Shown here in pieces: positions 1 through 11,445 of a stretch of DNA of 64,000 nucleotides. Every line of letters begins with the position of its first letter. Within the stretch, counting starts at the first letter, position 1. The stretch spans positions 93,000,001 through 93,064,000 of the forward strand of contig CM060731.1 in NCBI GenBank assembly GCA_030704615.1, given 5' to 3'. The stretch comes from Takakia lepidozioides. Lineage: Eukaryota; Plantae; Bryophyta. Made by a program: the position numbers and the translations under genes. Below the pieces are notes generated by a model that saw only the letters and a list, made by a program, of their open reading frames with translations, was not told the origin of the DNA and did not search any database.

Positions 1-1545
1 GGAGGCGGATGGATGGAAATCCGGCGCCAGATTTCCATCCGCAAGGTTGGTCAGAGAACGGATGGATGGAGATCCGGCGCCGAATTTCCATCCTGCAGGT
101 GATTCGAATCCCGGATGGATGGAAATCCGGCGCTGAATTTCCATCCAGCAGGTAAGTCGGATTGCTGGCGTATGGATATTCGGCGCCGAATTTCCATTCG
201 CCAGGTATTTCGAAGCGCTGAATTACCTTCCTGCAGGTAATTCTGAGCGTGTCCTAACTGTTTGTTTTGTGGCTGAAGTGCACTTGTAGACACGTTTTTC
301 TTGGAATCCTTGACTGCTAGAGGCAAATCGGAACAGCCTCGGACGGAAATTCGGCGCCGTTTTTCCATTCTGGGAGGTTTTTACGACTTCCTTTGAGGGG
401 GCCCCGATGGAAATTCGGCGCTGAATTTCCATCTGGGGATGGTCTCTGTCGGAGAGGTGCCGGCCTCTCCGCCGCTCTGTTGGATATTCGGTGCCGAATT
501 TCCGTCCGGGGGTTGAATATGACGTCCAGGTGCCGGCCTCTCCCCCCTCCCTGACTGCATTGGAACGGCCCCGGATGGAAATTCGGCGTCGTTTTTCCAT
601 CTGTGGAGGTTTTTATGTCGGCCAGTTTTCGGCCTGACCCCCCGACACGACTTCCTTTGGGGGGGCCCGGATGGAAATTCGGCGCCGAATCTCCATATAG
701 GGGATGCTCTCTGTCGAACACGTGCCGGCCTCTACGCCCGAGGTTCATCCGGGCGTCCCCTGTTGGATATTCGGTGCCGAATTTCCGTCCGGGGGTTGAA
801 ATGTGACGGCCAGGTGCCGGCCTCTCCCCCCTCCCTGACTGCATTGGAACGGCCCCGGATGGAAATTCGGCGCCGTTTTTCCATCTGAGGAGGTTTTTAT
901 GTCGGCCAGTTTTCGGCCTGACCCCCCGACACGACTTCCTTTGGGGGGGCCCGGATGGAAATTCGGCGCCGAATCTCCATATAGGGGAAGCTCTCTGTCG
1001 AACACGTGCCGGCCTCTACGCCCGAGGCGACTTCATCCGGGCGTCCCCTGTTGGATATTCGGTGCCGAATTTCCGTCCAGGGGTTGAAATGTGACGGCCA
1101 GGTGCCGGCCTCTCCCCCCTCCCCGACTGCATCCGAACCGCCCCGGATGGAAATTCGGCGCCTGTGGAGGCCAACCTCAAGTTGCAAAAAGAATTGGAGG
1201 ACACAAAGGCTGCCTTGCAGATGGTTGAGGGGAATTTGATTGAAGCAGGTTTCCATCTGGGGATGTTTTTATGCCAACCAGTTTTCGGCCTGACCCCCCG
1301 ACACGACTTCCTTTGGGGGGGGCCCGGATGGAAATTCGGCGCCGTTTTTCCATCCGCGGAGGTTTTTAGGTCGGCCAGTTTTCGGCCTGACCCCCCGGCA
1401 GGACTTCCTTTGGGTGGATCCGAATGGAAATTCGGCGCTGAATTTCCAGCCGGGGGATGTTTTCTGTCGGACAGGTGCCGGCATCTCTGCCCCAGATGAC
1501 TTCATCCGTGCGGCCCCTGTTGGGTATTGGGTGCCGAAATTCCAT
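1..1545. repeat. Array of type-A 22-bp palindromes (consensus GGAAATTCGGCGCCGAATTTCC)
   Basis: Sites start at 15, 68, 121, 174 (53-bp period), then 345, 409, 482, 577, 673, 765, 861, 957, 1053, 1149 (mostly 95-96-bp period, three-spacer higher-order unit of ~288 bp). Confidence 0.95.
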
Positions 1546-1849
1546 TCGGGGCTAGTAATGTGACGGCACGGTGCCGGCTTCTCCCCTTCAGCCGACATCA
1601 TCCGGACGGCCCCCCACTTTCTGACTGCATACCGTTGGCAGTTATTGCGCAAAGACCAGGGGCCGCATTCCGGAGACAAGGTTCATTAACACTCTGACTC
1701 TGGATTTTTGAGATAGTTGGCTCCCTGGATTTGGATCAGGCTTCGTCGCTCGGACAAATCGGCACCGCATTCCTTCCCATCGCTGCATCCCCCTTCTACC
1801 AGGGAGCTTCCCCGCACGCCATCCTGGCAGTCTTGTGTGCACATCTCCC

Positions 1850-4800
1850 ATGGCGGAAAACCCGAGCGCTACAGTGTACTGCCCTCCTCACGAGCATAGA
1901 GCTTCATTTCCGTGCAGAGGGGACATCTGCCGGGTGATGGAGAAATATCTGTGCGTTCGATACCACCTGAAACCGGGGTCGGTTTCTTTGGAGGAGGAAA
2001 GGAAGGACTCAAACGGCCTTGTTGTCGAGAGTATTGTTGTGCTCCACGAGGATTTCGGTGATGGCAGGGAATGGCAAGTTCCACCATTGGACAGCATCAT
2101 ATACAGGGCTGTTGGGGACTTCATTTGCCCGCCAAATGCACCTTCTATCCTGGCGCCTTCCACGAAACAATCCGCGAATCAGAGAGTGGCTACCTCAAAG
2201 AGAGAAGTCCGCAACGAAGTAAATCCAGAGCCAAACCCATCCATGAAGACGAGCGAGAACCGGGTTGTTCACAACCTGTCCGACTCAGACGAGGTCATGG
2301 AAGTTCCGAGGTCGTCCTGGAGATCAGGCAAGTCCTCAATGGACGTCAGTGGAGGAGGGAGTCATATTCCCAGCACGAGCACCGCAATTCGATCTATTCT
2401 TGAAATTCTGCGAGGGCTTCACCTGGAGGGACACCGGTCGGAGCTGGCCGGGCTGGACTACAGCAAGTTCGCAATTAAATCGGTTACATGCCTTCCCGCC
2501 GACGTCGACGGTAATATCTTCTTTGAGTCCCTCCTCGGGCGGACTACTCGAGGGCGTCCGGAATGTTGACAGATATGGATAGAAACATGACGGTCATCCT
2601 TGGTGCGTTACCAAAACCACCAGCATGAAGATGCTCGATGGTGTGCGGGTGCGCTACGTTGTTTGTGCGGGCGCGTTGCGGTGTTTCTCCCCAACTTGCT
2701 TCCACTTTAAATCCAGAGGTCACAGGAACGAGACCGATTGGACAAGCACAGCTCATCAACCATTTCGAGCTCAGGAGAAGGTTCCGAACTCCACATTTAA
2801 GTGTGCGCATTGCAAAGAACCACCACACTGCATGTCTGTTTGTAATGCCAAGCAGTTCTATGTGTTGCACCGTTTCCCTGACCTCACCCGAGCTTGCATA
2901 CACATTGGTTCCCATTGTCACAAATTGGCGAGGGGGAGCTCGCGGGAGGCTGCCCACGAAGCAGAGCAGCTCGTTCAGGAGGAGGTTAAGTTGAGACCGG
3001 GTGCCAAACCCAAATAGATACAGCTCCAAGCCGCCCATAAGATGGCATTGGCCAGAATTATGTCGGAAGACGGCTCCGATAGAGTTCCTCTCGATGAGAA
3101 GGAAATGGAGACATTGTTGGAGTCGGTGTCCCACGTATGTTCACCGAATGTCCGAAACCACATTGTCTCATGCAAACAGAAAATTGGGCGTGGCTCGGAT
3201 ATGCACTCCATTCTGGAGGTGAAGCGACGATGTGGATATGACTACATTCATGGAAGTAGGTTTCCAGGACAATGGACTGAGGCAGATCGTTGTTTCGTAT
3301 TCAAAATGTCCACGTGTGGACCTGGCAGCGGCGTCAAACTGGTCGACAGGATGACGAGTGAGGACTTGTCAAACAGTTGGGTCATGTTCGACCATATCAA
3401 GCGAATTACAAATCACCAATGGGTGACAATGGGTGCACATGTCTACGACACCCACTGCAGGATGCTAATGACAATTGCTATTTGTGAGATGAAAGGAGAG
3501 GACACACAATCGGAGATGCTTCTTTGGCAGGGAATAAATGAACAGATGGCCAAGGCGGGATTGCCCCCTCCCAATTTCCGTGGTTTCATGGCGGACAACG
3601 CACAAGCAAATTGGGCTGCCATCCGAAGGGTGTACGGGCAAGACCCCAATGTTCCCATGGAAGGCAAGGAGAGATCTTGTGGGTTCCATTTTCTGTAGAG
3701 CCTTTCGCAGTACACAACCAGGCTCGTGGCGCCAGATTTCAGAGAGGAGCACCGTTCCATGTGCCTTGCGTGGAAGCGCGCTCCCACCTTGGATGATGCA
3801 GAGACACAGTTTGCATGCATACGGGCTTGGTGGACATCGTCAGGTGTTTGTAAGGAAATCAGATGAGGGAGCAATGGTCAGTTGGCTAGCATGGTGGCAT
3901 TATTGTTTCCTCCAGTTCGGCGACTATATGCGGGAGGTGAGTTGCACGAATTCGCGTCCCGTTGAATATTATTCTTGGCCATATTTGTAACTTGCTTGTA
4001 ACCTCAACATGTGATTGTGCAGGAAATGTGTCTCGACTCCGACACCAACATGCCCACGACAAACATGGCCGAATCAGTGCACTCTTCCTGGCGTGCCTCC
4101 TCTGCGACGCATCTGGTGGACATCCTCACTGCCACAACGGAGGACATTGTGAGGTCAATTATGCAGCAATGCAGGTACAACGAGTTCTTGAAAGGGAAAC
4201 AGTGGGGCTTGGGGCCGGACAGGCAGGAAATGCTGATGCGGACTGCCTCTAGATCGAAGAATCCTCGGAAGTGGGCGGCGGCCTTGCGAGAGGGCCTTCG
4301 GGACACGCCATTGCTGCGAAGAGGCCAACATTGGAAGGAGATGTTCGTACCGTCCAGTGAGACGAAGACTTGACGAGGCACCTGGCGGAGAAGAGGATTC
4401 ATGGCGAGCTGACAAGAATATTCGCACGCTCCCTCGTGGTCCGGTGATGTTGCCCGAGGAGGTCTTGTCGAGCACCGCAAGTCCTGCACGTTCAAGATCG
4501 CCATCTCCTTCGAGCACAGGGCGCGTGCCCCGGCAACATAACGAGCCATCTGTTAGTAAAGCAGTACAACATTCCCATTGTGGAGACAAGAGTGTCGGAG
4601 TCACAGTGGAGAATTGCAAGGACATTGCCGGCATTCGAGGGAAGTGTGCGCCATCCGGGTGGATACGAGAGCAGTTGTGTGTGAGATGATTCGGGGGAAC
4701 CCACACGATGCTGTACCTGCACCTTGTTTCAGCGGCAGATTTTTGACTCCCACATTTGCTCACGCCACAACGCAGACATTTTGGTTCTTGTAGGCACGAC

Positions 4801-5437
4801 ATAATGACCTGTGTATTGGCAAGCCAAGTAAGGGATTCAGGGAATGTCGGAGCCTCCGGGCGTCTGGCATGTTGCACCGGGTTGCAGCCTCTCTCAGAAT
4901 GAGGCGGATGCTCTATCTGCAGCAGGATTTCGAATGGTGCAACGCACAGACATCCCGGCCCACGCATTTCCAGTTCCTCAGACCCAGCCATTGCAGACTG
5001 CTCGGTCCAGTAGAGACGGATTGGACAATTCTGCACATCCCACAATGCGATTCGGAAGAGTGAAGAGACGACACCCTCCCAACAAGTTGAATGAGACTCG
5101 GATTGCCAATGCTCTTAGGATGGCTTGCACTATTCAGAGCTCCGTGGACGTACCCCCACCCGGCCTTGGGCGTGTGTATCGGATGGCAACGGCCGGCTCG
5201 GCTGTACGCGACGATGTATACACAATTACGATTGGAGTGGAGCCGACTTGCAATTGTACGGACTTCTAGTTGATGGAAGCAAAAAAGGGTTCGAAGTATT
5301 ATCCGTGCAAGCATCTGTATTACATTTACCTGAAGAGGTTGAGGATGAACGTGACTATTGATGACTTTATTCATGCACCGGCGTTGAGCGTGAACGAGCT
5401 GCACAAACTCCTCCTTAGGGATTCCAGAAATCATTGA
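1850..5437 (+). pseudogene. MULE-family transposase (GCM/WRKY-like N-terminus, DDE core, SWIM finger), disrupted by frameshifts and stops; GT-AG intron 3937-4022
   Basis: ORF pieces 1835-2569, 2625-3017, 3042-3698, 4011-4373 and 4844-5269 are collinear with copy 3. Motifs: WVMFDH, FMADNAQA, CGFH (CxxH), TNMAES, and SWIM CNCTDF...PCKH. Stop codon at 5435-5437. Confidence 0.88.
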
Positions 5438-5595
5438 TGGGGCAAAGGGAATCCTCCATATGGATATTTTCAATTGCATTTTGTTGTATCAGACTTTTTT
5501 TGCAGTGTAATGTAAAATGCACCCCAAAACTCCTGGAATGAGGCAATATTCCATTCAAACTGAGATCCAACAGAAGCAGTTGTGGGGTCATTTCT

Positions 5596-5960
5596 GGAAA
5601 AATGGTGCCGAATTTCTTTTTTTGGGGCCGAAAACTGGCTAAGTCCCAACATGCACTGGTACCTGTGTCTGGGAAAATGGCGCCGAATTTCTCTTTTTTG
5701 GGCCGAAAACTGGCAAAGTCCCACATGCACTGGTACAGTGTCTGGAAAAATGGCGCCAAATTTCCCTATTTTGCGCCGAAAATTGGCTAAGTCCGAACAT
5801 GCACTGGAAAAATGGCGCCGAATTACCTGTCATGAGGGGACCTATAGCCGCGGAATTCGGCACCATTTTTCGCCAGAGAGACCTATTACCGCGAAATACG
5901 TCGCCGTTTTTTCAGGTTACGGACCCTATTACTGTGAAATTCGGCGCCATATTTGCACAT
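5596..5960. repeat. 3' subterminal cluster of degenerate type-A palindromes
   Basis: About 7 copies of GGAAAAATGGCGCCGAATTTC-like sites, cores near 5604, 5679, 5752, 5814, 5859, 5900 and 5943. Confidence 0.8.
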
Positions 5961-6296
5961 GTCGCTGGGAATTGGCATGAGCGGAAGACGAAATATCATG
6001 AGCACAACTGTCAAAACTATAATTTTCCCTTCAAGGGCCGGCCGAATATATATTTGTTTTTCCTGACACATTGCATTAAATTAATGTTTTTTATTGTTTT
6101 TTATTTTCGAAATTTGTACTTCTGCTCATGAAAACCGATTGTCTTACTACTCCACTCATGCCGCTCATGCCGCTCATGCTCATGAAATAGCTAACCTCGA
6201 CTAGTGGTTGGACTAGTGGAATACTAGTGTGTGGTGTGCACATGTGTTGTGTGGTTTTGGACAACGATGTAGTTGTGTAGCAATATGTATGCGCAC

Positions 6297-8450
6297 GACA
6301 ATGCGGTGCCGCATTTCGGTTCCCGTGGTTCATGATTTTCAATCAGAACGGAAATGCGGTACCGCATTTCCGTTCCACCTTCACATACCTTAGTTGTTGA
6401 ACGGAAATGTCGTGCCGCATTTCAATTCTGAGAGTATGAAGGTCTCACCCGGACGGAAATGCGGTGCCGCATTTCCGTCCCACAGCTCCATGCCTGAGAT
6501 ACAAAAGGGAAATGCGGCGCCGCATTTCCGTTTTGGAATGTCGGAAGGTGCAACTCAGACGGAAATGCGGTGCCGCATTTCAGTTCCGGTGGTTCACGAT
6601 TTTCAGTCAGAACAGAAATGCGGTACCGCATTTCTGTTCTGGAGAGTATGAAGGTCTCCCCCGAACGGAAATGCGGTGCCGCATTTCCGTCCCACAGCTC
6701 CATGCCACAGATACAAAACGGAAATGCGGGGCCACATTTCCGTTCTGGAATGTCGGAAGGTGTGACTCGGACGGAAATGCGGTGCCGCATTTCAATTCCG
6801 GTGGTTCACGATTTTCAGTCAGAACGGAAATGCGGTACCGCATTTCCATTCTGGAGAGTATGAAGGTCTCCCCCAGACGGAAATGCGGTGCCGCATTTCA
6901 GTTCCCGTGGTTCATGATTTTCAATCAGAACGGAAATGCGGTACCGCATTTCCGTTCCATCTTCACATACCTTAGTTGTTGAACGGAAATGCCGTGCCGC
7001 ATTTCCATTCTGGAGAGTATGAAGGTCTCACCCGGACGGAAATGCGGTGCCGCATTTCCGTCCCACAGCTCCATGCCTGAGATACAAAAGGGAAATGCAG
7101 CGCCGCATTTCCGTTCTGGAATGTCAGAAGGTGTAACTCGGATGGAAATGCGGTGCCGCATTTCAGTTCCGGTGGTTCACGATTTTCAGTCAGAACGGAA
7201 ATGCGGTACCGCATTTCCGTTCTGGAGAGTATGAAGGTCGCCCCCGGACGGAAATGCGGTGCCGCATTTCCGTCCCACAGCTCCATGCCACAGATACAAA
7301 ACGGAAATGCGGCGCCGCATTTTTGTTCTGGAATGTCGGAAGATGCGACTCGGACGGAAATGCGGTGCCGCATTTCAGTTCCGGTGGTTCACGATTTTCA
7401 ATCAGAATGGAAATGTGGTACCGCATTTCCGTTCCACTGTCACATACCGTACTTGTTGGATGGAAATGTGGCACCGCATTTCCGTTCTGGAGAGTATAAA
7501 GGTTTCCCCTAGATGGAAATGCGGTGCCGCATTTCCGTCCCACAGCTCCATGCCACAGATACAAAACGGAAATGCAATGCGGTGCCGCATTTTAGTTCCC
7601 GTGGTTCATGATTTTCAATCAGAACGGAAATGCTGTACCGCATTTCCGTTCCACCTTCACATACCTTAGTTGTTGAACGGAAATGCCGTGCCGCATTTCC
7701 GTTCTGGAGAGCATGAAGGTCTCACTCGAATGGAAATGCGGTGCCGCATTTCCGTCCCACAACTCCATGCCTGAGATACAAAAGGGAAATGCGGCGCCAC
7801 ATTTCCGTTCTAGAATGTCGGAAGGTGCGACTCAGACGGAAATGCGGTGCCGCATTTCAGTTCTGGTGGTTCACAATTTTCAGTTAGAACGGAAATGCGG
7901 TACTGCATTTCCGTTCCACTGTCATATACCGTACTTGTTGGATGGAAATGTGGCACCGCATTTCCGTTCTGGAGAGTATAAAGGTTGCCCCCGGACAGAA
8001 ATGCGGTGCCGCATTTCCGTCGCACCGGTGCATGACTAAGATGCAAAACGGAAATGAGGCGCCGTATTTCCGTCCAACAGGAATCGAAAGTAGCATACCG
8101 GACGGAAATGCGGAACCTCATTTCTGTCAACTGGATTCCATTGAAAGAGACCGGACGGAAATTCGGCACCGCATTTCCGTTCCTGCCTATCCAAAGTGTC
8201 CTAGTCGATTAAAATGCGTTGTCGCAATTATTTTCTACCGTGTGTTCCTAGTCCCGTTGGACCTAAATGCGATACCGCATTTCCGTTCCACCATGGGCCT
8301 GCTTTTACAGTGGACTGAAATGTGGTACCGCATTTCCGTTGCACCAGTATTTTGGTTTCCCTGTTGACGGAAATGCGGTGTTGCATTCCTGATAACAGTC
8401 AACGAGAGGATGATGTCAAACTGAGATGTGGGACCGCATTCCCATTCAGC
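6297..8450. repeat. Array of type-B 22-bp palindromes (GGAAATGCGG[CG/TA/TG]CCGCATTTCC), ~53-bp period, roughly 40 units
   Basis: Sites at 6350, 6403, 6455, 6508, 6561, 6614 and onward; about five recurring ~31-bp spacer types; the array degenerates towards 8450. Confidence 0.95.
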
Positions 8451-8837
8451 CATGTGCAATGGGTTGCATTGTTCCGAAACAACGCAATTGCGGCCTGTCT
8501 TAATGAGCACAACTTGGTTGTCTAACCGTTTTAACTAACAGTCCTGGCACTTGTCAGTGCGAACGTTCATGTCTGCACCGCGAATACTGGTTGATCCACC
8601 CTCAAGAGAAACTGTCAGGAGATGTTATTTCGTCGCCGAATCGGCCATCATTGTCATACTTACTGGATATGGAATCACACCTCCCACCTTCATGCATGTA
8701 GCTATAAACAATACTTTCCACTTCAATGTGCGACTTCCAATCGTCGATGGAGTCCGCAGATCCACTTAGATGGTGCCGGTGAGCCTTGGTCTGTCGCTAT
8801 ACTGAACCTCACACTTGTCAACTTCGTGTGGTCTTCA

Positions 8838-11445
8838 ATGGCTCCGAATTCCTACGCTATAGTTTGCTGTCCTCCGCAACTTGGGAGAGCCTGGATCCCA
8901 AACGAGGGAGGACTTTGCAGAGTGACTGAAACTTACCTTTGTTCCAAATTCAGGCTCAAACCGGGCACGGTTTATTTGGAAGAAGAAAGGAAGGATGTTC
9001 CTGGACAGGTTGACGAGACCATTGTCGTGCTAGGTAACGACGGAGGTTGCAGAATCGAATGGCACGTACCCCTATCAGACACCATCCTGTACCGCGCTAT
9101 GGGAATGCCCATTCCCTTTCCGAATCAGTCGCTGCCCACACCATCCACAAAGGAGTCGGGAAATCGACAGGCGGCCACTGCCAACAGAGAGGTATGCAAT
9201 GATAATCATTCCCGACCTGGACCGTCAAGACCCTCCATAGCTTCTCGTGTGGACGTATTCGACATTTCTGACGAGGAAGATGAGTGCATTGAGGTCCCCA
9301 TGTCCTCCACACGGTTGTTCAAATCCGACATGGACGTCTCTGCAGGTGCTACGCATATACCCTCGAGCATAACTCCAACCCGGTCCATTGTGCAGCTCCT
9401 ACGACAACATCACCTCGATGGTTCTCGCTCGAAGCTGGCTGCTCTCGACTATGCCAAATTTTCAATCAGGAAGGTAACGTATCTGCCTCCCGAAGTCGAT
9501 GGCAATGTCATCTTCGAGTTTCCACCTGTTACTTCGTCAAACAAAGCCTCAGGGATGTTAATAGACATGGATCGAAAGCATGACGGACACCCTTGGTGTG
9601 TGACAAAGACCAGTAGCACAAAAATTGCTGATGGTGTTCGTGTACGATACGTCCTCTGTGCGGGGAAGCTGAGGTGCCTCAATCCCGCCTGCTTCCACTT
9701 TCTCTCCAAAGGAGGGCGGAGAAACGAGACGGATTGGACTGGCACAACGCATCATCCATTCATTGTCTCCAGCCAAGCTCCTGCGGGTACTTTCAAGTGC
9801 GCACATTGCAAAAGAAACCACCGACGTGCATGTCCATGTGCAGAGCCAAGCAATATGTAATCCATTTGCTCCCGGACTTGACTAGAGCTTGCATACACGT
9901 TGGGGTCCACTGCCACCCCTTGGCGAGAGGCAACATGCATGAGGTTGTGCAGGAAGCACACGACATCATAAAAGAGGAGGTGAAATTGAGCCCCGGAGCC
10001 AGACCAAAGCAGATGAAGGCAGCCCACAAGATTGCTCTTGGCAAAATCATGTCTGAAGATGGTTCAGACCCAGTGCCCTTGAACGAAGAGGAGATGCTTG
10101 ACCTGTTGGAGTCCGTCTCGCACGTTTGTAGTCCGAATGTGCGGAATCACATCGTATCTTGCAAGCAGGAGTTCGGCCGGGGGTCGGACATGCACTCAAT
10201 CTTGGAGGTGAAACGAATGACTGGATATGACTACATCCAAGGTAGCAGGTTTCCAGGGCAAGGCAGCGAATCCGATCGTTGTTACATTTTTAAAATGTCG
10301 ACGTGTGGGCCTAGGAGTGGAGTCGACTTGGTCACTCGCATGACAACTGAAAACTTGTCGAATGCTTGGGTGATGTTTGATCACATCAAGCGAATTACAA
10401 ACCATCAGTGGGTGACTATGGGTGCGCATGTTTATGACTATCACTCCAAGAGGCTCATGACGATTGCAATCTGCGAGATGAAAGGGGAGGACACACAGTC
10501 GGAGATGCATCTGTGGGAGGGCATAAACGAGCAGATGGCAAGGGCGGGATTGGCATAGCCCAATTTCAGGGATTCATGGCAGACAACGCTCAGGCCAACT
10601 GGGCAGCGGTGCGGCGTGTTTACGGTGAGGACCCCAATGTTCCAATGGAGGGGAAAGAGAGATCCTATGGATTCCATTGGATGTAGAGTCTATGTCACTA
10701 CACTACCAAATTTGTTGCTAGCTCATTCCAGGCTGAACACCGTGTCCTTTGTACGGCGTGGAAGGATGCACCCACATTTGATGACGCGGAGGTTAAGTTT
10801 GCTATCATCGAGGCTTGGTGGAACACGTCAGGTGCAGTGGAGACAACCAATCTGGGAGCTTTGCACAGCTGGTTGGGGTGGTGGCATTTCCGGTATCGAC
10901 AGTTCAGACAGTACATGCGGGAGGTATGATGCTGTCATTTTCGTGCAATTGTCTTTCTATTACGGACCTTTCCATTGGTCCCTCACCATTGTTTGTGTCC
11001 TTGTAGGAGCGGTGCTTGGATTCCGACACGGACATGCCGAACACGAATATGGCAGAATCAGTCCACTCCTCCCGGCGAGCGTCTTCTGCCGCACATCTGG
11101 TGGACGTAGTGACGGCCACAACGGAGGACATTGACAGAGCAATCATGCAGCAAGCCACGTACTACAAGTTCCTGAGCGGGAAACAATGGGGCTTTGGGCC
11201 GGACAGGGAGGAATTGTTGGTACGAACAGCTTCGAGGTCGAAGAATCCACTGAAATGGGCGACAACATTGCGAGAGAAGATCAAAGGGACGCCTCTGCAC
11301 CGCAGAGGTGAACACCTAGAGGGGGACGTCCGTACTCGCCTTGTGAGGCGGAGGATTGAAGAGGAACCCGGGTGCAAAGAGGATTCCTGGAGATCCGACA
11401 GGAACATTCGGACAGCACCTCGAGGTCCCGTCATGTTGCCGCACA
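8838..11445 (+). pseudogene. MULE transposase copy 2 (subfamily B), 3'-truncated; GT-AG intron 10924-11006
   Basis: Starts MAPNSYAIVCC and is near-identical to copy 3. Frameshift near 9810, stops at ~10556 and ~10684. Ends at GPVMLPH, where gypsy integrase sequence begins. Confidence 0.9.

Larger units (their letters stand above)
1..6199 (+). mobile_element. MULE-like DNA transposon copy 1 (subfamily A); 5' part lies upstream of the window
   Basis: Palindrome array, then degenerate MULE transposase, then 3' subterminal palindromes, then a terminus (GCTCATG repeats ending GAAATAGCTAACCTCG) homologous to the copy 3 terminus at ~30698. Confidence 0.8.

Noticed and set aside
51-1679. Many short ORFs with MEIRRRIS / GNSAPNF / MRCRIS / KCGAAFP repeats (also 6.4-8.5, 35.4-36.8 and 47.2-48.1 kb)
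   Set aside because: They are translations of the DNA palindrome in all six frames, not genes
6297-8450. CRISPR array
   Set aside because: Spacers are a small recurring set rather than unique, there are no cas genes, and the context is eukaryotic (spliceosomal introns, LTR elements)
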